Of a stretch of DNA of 64,000 nt, positions 56,680 to 64,000 are shown one piece after another. The stretch is taken from assembly GCA_047947115.1 (NCBI GenBank), contig CP170459.1, forward strand, positions 3,904,001-3,968,000. The letters run 5' to 3'. The notes beneath the pieces are model-generated. The model saw only the letters and a list, made by a program, of their open reading frames with translations, did not search any database and was not told where the DNA came from. The position numbers and the translations under genes are program-made. This DNA is from Verrucomicrobiota bacterium (lineage in GTDB: Bacteria > Verrucomicrobiota > Verrucomicrobiia > Limisphaerales > AAA164-E04). How positions within the stretch are numbered: the stretch's first letter is position 1; every line of letters begins with the position of its first letter.

Positions 56680-58073
56680 TTATCCAGCTCCTTTCGCTGA
56701 AAAATATAAATACCCCATCCAGCCAGCAACCCGCACAATACCCCCCAGACCAAACCCAGATGAGCCAGCCAGGTTCCAGTGGGAATGCTGCGGCCAGTCA
56801 CCAATCGCTCAACGGCCGCAATGGATTTCAGCGATTCGGTAAAGTGATGAAGCGCCGTAAAAATGGGGACCATCAGCCAGTCCAGATAATTGATTGAATC
56901 GTGTCCGTCGTGCTCATGCACTGCGGAGATGGTGCCTTCGGTCGCAATGGTTTTGAATAACTGGTCTGAACTCGTCACAAGAATCAGTGTTAAAATCATC
57001 ATGGTTGCAACAGGAAGGGACGCAAAGGTGGCCGCCCAGAGTCCCAGTGCCGAAAGCAGCGTCAACCGGGATAGAATCACGACCAGGCTTTTCGCGTAGT
57101 TCATCAGGAATCCTCCGTCAGAATACAGCACCTCCAACCCATCCTCCACACGGAACACCAGACTGCTTTCGGTATAATTGTGGCATTCCACATGAAGCGT
57201 TCCATCCGCATTGATCAGGCCGGCCGGCACGGACCATTCATGTGTCATCATGGGACTGAGATTCATCTGTTTTTCCCAGCGAGTGGGGGAATCTGGATTT
57301 CCTACGATCCAAACGGTCGGGTGCTCATCCGTGTTTTCAAACCATGAGGCATAAAATTTGACCCGCAACTGAACTTGATCCTGAGCGTCTCGCCCCGCGC
57401 CGCTGCCCAGTTTCAAATTCCAGACACGTCGATGGCGCGGCTTGACCAACTGGTTCATCCAGCGTACTTCCTCGCGCAATTTTTCACGGACGTAACCAGG
57501 ATCCATCGCCGCCACATCGGCATTTTGCGAACGTTTGGCGTATAACTGCTCGATTTCAGCTTCCTCATCAGGCGGTGCCTCCTTTACGACTCTTCGGGAA
57601 GTCAGGATGGAAGCATGTAGCCGCTCCTGCTCTTCATTCGACAACCCCTTGGCATGAAGCATTAGAACTCCATAAATACATCCCCCCGCAATAGTCAGTA
57701 AAACGGTGTTCAATGCCAGAATACCGAGCCATTTACCCAGCCAGATTTCCCACCGCGCGATGGGTTTGCTGGCAATCAACACGATGTGATGCTTGATGAA
57801 ATCCTGGTTCAGAATGCCACAGGAAAGCCAGACGGTGGAAACCCCCATGATGATGGAGACAGTCATGAGTGAATAGGTTAATTGAACCTGGGCGAACATC
57901 TCGGCAGTTCCGTTGTGGGTTATCATGTAAGGGATGGTGAATACCGATACTCCCAGCATCAGGATGAGCCAGGGGATCATCCTGAATCGAAACGCGGCCT
58001 TGATGGTATGACTCGCCACCGCCATCAACCGTTGGCGTGTCAGGGCAAATGAGGATGGTTCCAATCCTTTCAT
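56676..58073 (-). CDS. ABC-2-type permease with extracytoplasmic domain
   Basis: Multiple TM helices; LIASKPIARWEIWLGKWLG motif. Confidence 0.8.
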   Translation of the reverse strand: MKGLEPSSFALTRQRLMAVASHTIKAAFRFRMIPWLILMLGVSVFTIPYMITHNGTAEMFAQVQLTYSLMTVSIIMGVSTVWLSCGILNQDFIKHHIVLIASKPIARWEIWLGKWLGILALNTVLLTIAGGCIYGVLMLHAKGLSNEEQERLHASILTSRRVVKEAPPDEEAEIEQLYAKRSQNADVAAMDPGYVREKLREEVRWMNQLVKPRHRRVWNLKLGSGAGRDAQDQVQLRVKFYASWFENTDEHPTVWIVGNPDSPTRWEKQMNLSPMMTHEWSVPAGLINADGTLHVECHNYTESSLVFRVEDGLEVLYSDGGFLMNYAKSLVVILSRLTLLSALGLWAATFASLPVATMMILTLILVTSSDQLFKTIATEGTISAVHEHDGHDSINYLDWLMVPIFTALHHFTESLKSIAAVERLVTGRSIPTGTWLAHLGLVWGVLCGLLAGWGIYIFQRKELDK

Positions 58074-58080
58074 GACAAAC

Positions 58081-59043
58081 TCAACTCAACTCCCTTTCAT
58101 CAAACAGCCAAATGGCCAGCCCCAAACTGATAACCAGAGAACCCATGACATAAAACATGCATTGAAGGAGATAGGACCAGGGGATGGATTTACCCTCCGC
58201 CAGTGCGTCCGCCATCCAGAACAGCTGCCAATTGGGGATTAAAGCGTACAAAAACTTGGCCCACAGAAGTCCATCTTCAGCGCGTTGACCGAAAAAATGG
58301 TCGGAAACCAACCCCGTCAAAAAGACACCCATGCAGACTACCAGCGTCGGAATCAAAGCCATTCGGGTGCTGCATGTGATGGCGATGCCAGCTAGCGCCC
58401 AAAGGGCCATCAGGAGCAGCCCGACCGCCTTAATCATTCGCCAGTCGATTTGTTCTCCAAACTGATTTTGAAACTGCCAGTTTTTATCCACATAATTGAC
58501 GACGACAAAAGCAATGCTCATACAGACAACTGCGGAAAAAACGGTGGGCCCGACGAAGGGGCGCATCATGAAGAAATTGATTCCGGCTCCGAAGAGTCCA
58601 GCCACCAGCAATGCTCCCCCAAAGATGAAGATGGCGGGGTAGTCCGGTGAGCCATACACATCAAAGGCCATTCGACTGGCAAGCAATGCAGCAAGGCAAC
58701 CAGTGTAGCACTGGACTAACAAAGCGCCGGCCAGTCCCGTGAACTTGGCCAGAACAAATTGAATCCGCCCGACCGGTTTGGACAAAACAGCCAGGGCGGT
58801 GCCGGTTTCCACCTCTTCTCCCACAGAAAAGGACGCGCCAAGGACCGCCACAAACAGGCCGATCAAAAAAAGTGACGCCAACACACCACTTTTTACCATG
58901 GAGGAATCCTCTCCGGTTCCGACATAATACAGGCTTGCCAGAAAAAGCATGAACACACCGGAACCGACCATCAGTACCAGATAAATGGGCTGACGAATCA
59001 ATTCCATGAACGCATTCATGGCTATGGTATTAAAAACTCTCAT
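58081..59043 (-). CDS. ABC-2-type permease
   Basis: TIAMNAFMELIRQP, EEVETGTALAVLSKPVGR..FVLAKFTG, IPNWQLF, LFDERELS. Confidence 0.85.
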   Translation of the reverse strand: MRVFNTIAMNAFMELIRQPIYLVLMVGSGVFMLFLASLYYVGTGEDSSMVKSGVLASLFLIGLFVAVLGASFSVGEEVETGTALAVLSKPVGRIQFVLAKFTGLAGALLVQCYTGCLAALLASRMAFDVYGSPDYPAIFIFGGALLVAGLFGAGINFFMMRPFVGPTVFSAVVCMSIAFVVVNYVDKNWQFQNQFGEQIDWRMIKAVGLLLMALWALAGIAITCSTRMALIPTLVVCMGVFLTGLVSDHFFGQRAEDGLLWAKFLYALIPNWQLFWMADALAEGKSIPWSYLLQCMFYVMGSLVISLGLAIWLFDERELS

Positions 59044-59110
59044 AACGTTGCCGACTGTTCGCCGGCTTGATTGACCGATCCACTGTAAATGGGAGTAGGG
59101 GAAGGGAGTT

Positions 59111-60370
59111 TTAATCCGGTAAAGGTTTACCTTTTGTCTCAGGTGCCAGCCAGATGACGATCATCCCTGCCAGATATATAAGCGTGATGACGCTGCCCAT
59201 GCGGGCGTAATCCCCGTCAAATGCGGCGACCAACTGGCCTCCGGCAATGGCTCCCATGGCCGCAAATATACGGCCCGAATTGTAACCCACCCCTTGTCCC
59301 GTCGCCCGGGATCGGGTGGGAAATAATTCAGGTAAATACAAAGGAAACCAACCATAAAATGCAGCCGTGGTCATCCCGGCCAAAAAAACCAGGAATTGGA
59401 AGGTGGTTCCATAGGCGATATCACTCCTGAAAAGGACGCCACACACCACCAAGGAAGACAGGCACAATGTGAAAAAAGCAGGGCGTCGACCAAAACGTCC
59501 CCCAATGAGGGGGCCGGACAGACAGCCAATGATGGCTCCCATGGCGCTTAACATAGTGACATCCGCCTTGGCGGTTGGCATCGATTCTCCGACCAATTGA
59601 TCCACCCAGACCGGAATCCACTGCACCGAACCCCAGGTCCCGATCAAGGCGATGGAAGAAAAGCAGATAGCAAGTAAGGTGTTCTTGATGAGATGTGAGG
59701 AGAAAACTTCTTTGAGTGGCCGGTGGTTTTTTTCCTTGGAAACCGAAGCTTTCCATCGTTCCGATTCGGGGACAAAAATCCGTATGATAAAGACCAGGAT
59801 AGCGGGCAGCACTCCGACCAGCCACATCCATCGCCAGGAATCAACCGTCACTTCTTTGGCTTTTCCAACAGCACCGACCAACAGGAAACCAAAATTGGCA
59901 GCTGCACCAATGATTCCGGCCATCAAGGGGCGAAGACGTTCGGGCCAGCATTCCATCACCAAAGCCACCCCCAAAGACCATTCTCCCCCCATTCCAAGAG
60001 AAGCTAAAAATCTGAACACAGCCAGATGCCAGGGTTCCTGCGCAAAAAATCCCAAGCCGGTGAAAACAGAATAGGTCAGAATACTGAAGGACATCGCCTT
60101 CACACGACCAATTCGATCACCTAGCCAGCCAAATACGAATCCTCCAGCTGCTGCTCCAAGGAGAAAGACGGCCGTGATCCAGCCCATCCATTGACCGACA
60201 AATTGATCCACTCCTTCTGTGGTCCCGTACATATCGGTCAGAGCTGGACGTGCCACGATAGGGAAGAGCCCCATTTCAAATCCGTCGAACATCCACCCTA
60301 AAAAAGCGGCTAATAGGACGACGAAATGGGATTTGCCAACTTTGCCGGTCGTTTTTGATTTGTTGGGCAT
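59111..60370 (-). CDS. MFS transporter (NanT/MucK-like)
   Basis: LGWMFDGFE, GWLGDRIGR, FRFLASLGMGGEW, YLPELFPTRSRATGQG, APETKGKPL. Confidence 0.92.
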   Translation of the reverse strand: MPNKSKTTGKVGKSHFVVLLAAFLGWMFDGFEMGLFPIVARPALTDMYGTTEGVDQFVGQWMGWITAVFLLGAAAGGFVFGWLGDRIGRVKAMSFSILTYSVFTGLGFFAQEPWHLAVFRFLASLGMGGEWSLGVALVMECWPERLRPLMAGIIGAAANFGFLLVGAVGKAKEVTVDSWRWMWLVGVLPAILVFIIRIFVPESERWKASVSKEKNHRPLKEVFSSHLIKNTLLAICFSSIALIGTWGSVQWIPVWVDQLVGESMPTAKADVTMLSAMGAIIGCLSGPLIGGRFGRRPAFFTLCLSSLVVCGVLFRSDIAYGTTFQFLVFLAGMTTAAFYGWFPLYLPELFPTRSRATGQGVGYNSGRIFAAMGAIAGGQLVAAFDGDYARMGSVITLIYLAGMIVIWLAPETKGKPLPD

Positions 60371-60422
60371 ATTGTTATGTTGCTTCAGTGAGGCTAAAAA
60401 GATGGAGCTTAAATACCATCTT

Positions 60423-61427
60423 TTATTTACCTTCAAAAATATTTCTTCCCAGCACCAGGTGTTCCATCTTTCGATCCGCGACCGATCTCGGCAGCATCCA
60501 AAAACCACAGTCCGGGTGTATCCACTTCACTCGATCCGCTCCGAGCACCTTGATGGCGGATTCCAAACGTTGCGCAACGAGGTCCGGAGTTTCCACCACG
60601 TTGTCTTTGATGTCCACCACACCGATGCCGAGTGCAATTTCAGGTTTCAGTCCCTTGAAAACCTCCAGTTCTTCATAGCCCCGACGTGCAAACTCCAGCA
60701 CCAAATGATCCACGTTCAGTTGATTGAAAAATTCTATCAAGCACTTCCAAAACCCTCTCTGGATGGACTGTCCCCCGTAATTGCCGAAGCAGAGATGCAG
60801 TGCTTTTTCACCTTGAATCGCGTTCAAGACCATGTTGACAGGTTCGTGGGCCCATTTGGCATCTTCCGGATGACCGGGGAGGTTGGCCTCATCTACCTGG
60901 ATCATTGGAGCATCCAGGGCGGCCACCTGGTTTGCCAGAACACGCGCAATGGCATTGGTCAAGGTTTCCAAATCTCCGTAATGCCGATCGATCAATGTCT
61001 TGGCCAGCATGTATGGAGAAGTCAGTGTGAACATGGTTGGATGGGGCGTCAGGCATTTGATGGACTGCCAGGCTTCGGGCAGATTCAGGCTGCCTTCATG
61101 GATGGACCCTGTCACCACTCCGGGAGGACGCGTCCGAAACTGCATGCCTTTTGCTTTTTGATACTGGAGCCATTCCTCGCGACTGATATGTGGACTGATT
61201 CCACCAAGTGGTCGGATGAAGTATTCAATCATTCCGTTGGTCTCAGGGTGATTTACGTCAAACCGTGAAAGTTCGCCATCGGAAATCATGTCAATCCCAG
61301 CCAATTCCTGAACTTTCAACACGGTTAACATGGCGTCCCGCAGATTGGGAGATGTTGGGTAAGCCTGCAGCCATGATGGAACAGGATAACTTCCGACCAC
61401 TTGGGTTTTGATCTGGTAATCACTCAT
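60423..61427 (-). CDS. Cobalamin-independent methionine synthase II family protein (catalytic domain only)
   Basis: VVGSYP, QELAGIDMISDGE, IQVDE, HLCFGN (Zn His/Cys), LEFA, GVVDIK, HPDCG; about 334 aa. Confidence 0.88.
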   Translation of the reverse strand: MSDYQIKTQVVGSYPVPSWLQAYPTSPNLRDAMLTVLKVQELAGIDMISDGELSRFDVNHPETNGMIEYFIRPLGGISPHISREEWLQYQKAKGMQFRTRPPGVVTGSIHEGSLNLPEAWQSIKCLTPHPTMFTLTSPYMLAKTLIDRHYGDLETLTNAIARVLANQVAALDAPMIQVDEANLPGHPEDAKWAHEPVNMVLNAIQGEKALHLCFGNYGGQSIQRGFWKCLIEFFNQLNVDHLVLEFARRGYEELEVFKGLKPEIALGIGVVDIKDNVVETPDLVAQRLESAIKVLGADRVKWIHPDCGFWMLPRSVADRKMEHLVLGRNIFEGK

Positions 61428-61493
61428 AAAACTTTGGACAAGCGGTATCCTGCGGCGACTCTTGTCAAAATCCAAGATTGTTTATGAAATGAG

Positions 61494-61521
61494 TTGACAA
61501 TACTCCGCGTTATATCAATAT
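61494..61521 (+). promoter_or_regulatory. Candidate sigma70 promoter for the riboswitch leader
   Basis: Perfect TTGACA at 61494 and an AT-rich -10 region (CAATAT at 16-bp spacing). Confidence 0.55.
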
Positions 61522-61544
61522 ATCCTGATCCGTTGATTCAACGG

Positions 61545-61667
61545 TCTCATGAAGAGTGGTTGAGGGAACTGGCCCTTCGACACCACGGCAACCGATTGAA
61601 AGCGACATGCTCCAATGACCAGGTGCCAAATCCAGCTTGAACCGGAGTCGGTTCGGGAAAGATGAGA
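61545..61667 (+). ncRNA. SAM-I (S-box) riboswitch
   Basis: ctcATgAAGAGtggttGAGGGAaCTGGCCCttcGAcACCacGGCAACC...GGTGCCAAaTCC...GAAAGATGAG matches the SAM-I core; P1 tctcat/atgaga. Confidence 0.92.
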
Positions 61668-61779
61668 TGAATCGTGTTCTGCCCCGGAGTTCTCAAAGCA
61701 TTCTGGATGAAACCGGGGAACACAAATCTCTTCTTATTTCCCTTTTCCGACTTCACAGACCCTTTTTAGAATATTTGTT

Positions 61780-63036
61780 ATGACAACAGAGAACGGTTAC
61801 ATGAAGGCGCTTAAATGTCGCGAGTGCGGCAGAGAGTATCCACTCACGGCAAACCACGTTTGCGAGTATGATTTCGGCCCGCTTGAGGTGGCGTATGATT
61901 ATGATCTTATCAGGAAATCATTCAATCGCAAAACCATCGAGTCCCGGGCTCAGAGCATGTGGCGCTACCGTGAGTTGTTGCCTGTTGCCACCGAACCCAC
62001 CGTTGGTCTTCAAGTGGGGCATACGCCTCTGATCAAGGCGGACCGGCTGGCCAAGCGACTGGGAATCCGTGAGCTATGGATCAAGAACGATACCGTCAAC
62101 TACCCGACGCTCTCCTTCAAAGATCGAGTGGTCAGCGTCGCCTTGAGCCGTTCAAAGGAACTTGGATACAAGACGGTCGCATGCGCCTCGACCGGCAACC
62201 TGGCAAATTCTGTGGCTGCCAATGCAGCATCGGCGGGACTGCGGGCTTTTGTGTTTATTCCGGCCGACCTGGAGCAGGGGAAAATTGTCAATTCCCTGGT
62301 GTATGGACCGGAAGTGATCGGTATCAAGGGGCACTACGATGAGGTGAACCGTCTGTGTGCCGAAATCGCCGGAAAATATGGTTGGGCCTTCGTTAACGTC
62401 AACATGCGTCCCTATTATGCCGAGGGGAGCAAGAGCATGGGCTTTGAAATAGCTGAACAGATGGGTTGGAAACTGCCGCAACACACCGTCGTCCCAATGG
62501 CATCCGGCTCACTGCTTACCAAGATCCACAAAAGTTATCAGGAATTCGCAAAGCTCGGCATCGTGGAAAGTTCGGGCTATAAAATCCACGGAGCACAGGC
62601 GAGCGGGTGTTCCCCAATCACTGTCGCGCATAAAGCAGGACTTGATTTTTTCAAACCGGTCAAGCCTGACACCATCGCAAAATCACTGGCAATCGGAACA
62701 CCGGCCGACGGTTTTTATGCACTGAAAGTCATGAAGGAAACCCAAGGGCATGGGGATGATGTCACCGATGACGAAATTCGTGAAGGCATTCGTCTGCTGG
62801 CGGAATATGAAGGCATCTTTGCTGAAACTGCCGGTGGTGTCACCGTTGGCGTGGCTAAAAAACTCATTGCCAATGGACGCATTCCGAAAGATGATTCCGC
62901 CGTTCTTTGCATTACCGGCAACGGATTGAAGACGCTGGATGCCGTGGTTGGACATGTCGGTAATACCAAGGAAATTCGCCCCAGTTTGAGGGAATTTGAA
63001 GCTCTGCTGAGCGCCGAAGAAAAGGCATCCGCATAA
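61780..63036 (+). CDS. thrC: Threonine synthase-like PLP enzyme (candidate O-phosphohomoserine sulfhydrylase)
   Basis: CRECG..HVCEYDFGPL, MWRYRELLP, PTLSFKDR (PLP Lys), CASTGNLA, RPYYAEGSKS, EGIFAETAGG, ITGNGLK. Confidence 0.85.
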   Translation: MTTENGYMKALKCRECGREYPLTANHVCEYDFGPLEVAYDYDLIRKSFNRKTIESRAQSMWRYRELLPVATEPTVGLQVGHTPLIKADRLAKRLGIRELWIKNDTVNYPTLSFKDRVVSVALSRSKELGYKTVACASTGNLANSVAANAASAGLRAFVFIPADLEQGKIVNSLVYGPEVIGIKGHYDEVNRLCAEIAGKYGWAFVNVNMRPYYAEGSKSMGFEIAEQMGWKLPQHTVVPMASGSLLTKIHKSYQEFAKLGIVESSGYKIHGAQASGCSPITVAHKAGLDFFKPVKPDTIAKSLAIGTPADGFYALKVMKETQGHGDDVTDDEIREGIRLLAEYEGIFAETAGGVTVGVAKKLIANGRIPKDDSAVLCITGNGLKTLDAVVGHVGNTKEIRPSLREFEALLSAEEKASA

Positions 63037-63064
63037 GATTTGAATCAACAGTAAAAAATAAATT

Positions 63065-63340
63065 ATGGCAATTACAGTAAGAATCCCGACACCTCTGCGT
63101 AAGCTAACCAACAACGAGGAATTGGTGGAAATAAACGCCTCCAATGTTGGAGAAGCGATCAATGAGTTGCAGTCCCGTTATCCTGGTATCCAGGAACGGC
63201 TCGTTGATGAATCCGGAGAAATTCGCCGGTTTGTCAATGTCTATGTGAATGAAGAAGATATTCGTTTCCTTCAAAACAAGGAAACAGCGCTGAAGGACAA
63301 TGACGAGATCAGCATCATTCCGGCCATTGCTGGAGGATAG
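63065..63340 (+). CDS. MoaD/ThiS/CysO-family ubiquitin-like sulfur carrier
   Basis: VRIPTPLR..RRFVNVYVNEEDIR..IIPAIAGG with C-terminal Gly-Gly. Confidence 0.93.
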   Translation: MAITVRIPTPLRKLTNNEELVEINASNVGEAINELQSRYPGIQERLVDESGEIRRFVNVYVNEEDIRFLQNKETALKDNDEISIIPAIAGG

Positions 63341-63367
63341 AAAGCAAACTGGTAAGCTTCGATAGTT

Positions 63368-63715
63368 ATGGCCACTCCAAAAAAAGCGAAAAAGGTTGTT
63401 GCAGCCAAAAAAACTGCCAAGCCTCGCAAGAAATCTTCCAGAAAAATGACATCATCCCCTAAGCCGGGTGGCACGCAGCAAACCCGCTTGTGGCTGATGT
63501 ATCCGCCGAAACTGATCACGCGCCCCATTATTCATGAAATAGGGGCTAAGTATAAAGTCATCCCCAACGTCAGGCAGGCTAGTGTTACCGAAGAAATTGG
63601 TATTGTGTGCCTTGAGTTGGCGGGAGAACGTCAGCAAATCAAGTCGGCAATTAAGTGGATGGAACGATTAGGAATTAGTGTAGAACCTGTGGAAATCAAC
63701 GTCATAGAGAGCTGA
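63368..63715 (+). CDS. Stand-alone NIL-domain protein with Lys-rich N-terminal extension
   Basis: LMYP..RPIIHEI..YKVIPNVRQASV..GIVCLELAG..AIKWMERLGISVEP. Confidence 0.8.
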   Translation: MATPKKAKKVVAAKKTAKPRKKSSRKMTSSPKPGGTQQTRLWLMYPPKLITRPIIHEIGAKYKVIPNVRQASVTEEIGIVCLELAGERQQIKSAIKWMERLGISVEPVEINVIES

Positions 63716-63756
63716 AACTGTGGTAATTAAGATCAAAAAAACCCATGTTTCTCGCC

Positions 63757-63806
63757 TTGACCATGCAACTTCTTGGCCTTAATGTAAATCCGTAGTTTTA
63801 AACTAC
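63757..63806 (+). promoter_or_regulatory. Candidate promoter and palindrome upstream of the HU gene
   Basis: TTGACC-N17-TAATGT followed by GTAGTTT-T-AAACTAC. Confidence 0.45.
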
Positions 63807-63839
63807 AGACAACAAAACCAAGCAACCAAGAAGAAACAT

Positions 63840-64000
63840 ATGACAAAACGTGACTTAGTTGTCCGGATAAGCAACGAAACCGGACTGATTCAGCAGGACG
63901 TCCTCGCTGTAGTGCAGCGTACTCTGGATTATATCTCCGAGGCCGTCGCTCGAGGCGAAACAGTGGAATTGCGTAACTTCGGCGTATTTGAAGTCAAAGT
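63840..64000 (+). CDS. HU/IHF-family DNA-binding protein (3'-truncated; not in ORF track)
   Basis: MTKRDLVVRISNETGLIQQDVLAVVQRTLDYISEAVARGETVELRNFGVFEVK. Confidence 0.92.
   Translation, partial: MTKRDLVVRISNETGLIQQDVLAVVQRTLDYISEAVARGETVELRNFGVFEVK

Noticed and set aside
1..64000. Defence systems, prophage, transposons, CRISPR
   Set aside because: No nuclease, integrase, transposase, cas or phage structural motifs were recognised in any ORF, and no spaced direct-repeat array was seen.

Overview
A gene-dense, mostly housekeeping window of bacterial chromosome. PVC-specific families (PSD1/DUF1549-DUF1553 cytochrome, PVC-type CxxCH heme protein, PUR-domain protein, 'RFYR' beta-domain) and A-rich non-Shine-Dalgarno leaders suggest a Verrucomicrobiota genome; this is inference. 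It holds metG, serS, purM, dapE, glgA, ald and lepB, a degP plus CusR/CusS-like two-component locus, a MoxR-DUF58-BatABCD operon, an ECF sigma/anti-sigma trio, tRNA-Val(GAC) and a partial HU gene. No transposase, integrase, prophage, CRISPR array or rRNA was seen. Best signals: (1) a SAM-I riboswitch leading a threonine-synthase-like PLP enzyme, a Gly-Gly ubiquitin-like sulfur carrier and a stand-alone NIL protein, divergent from a 'core' MetE-like enzyme and an MFS transporter, which looks like a carrier-protein-dependent homocysteine/methionine module; (2) a 30-aa very basic ORF at 43311-43403 missed by the ORF track, with its own promoter and terminator candidates, a candidate lineage-specific ribosomal or nucleic-acid-binding protein; (3) several readable regulatory sites, including a CopR/CusR-type box before degP and an ECF-type promoter. 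All family calls are by motif recognition, with no database search.
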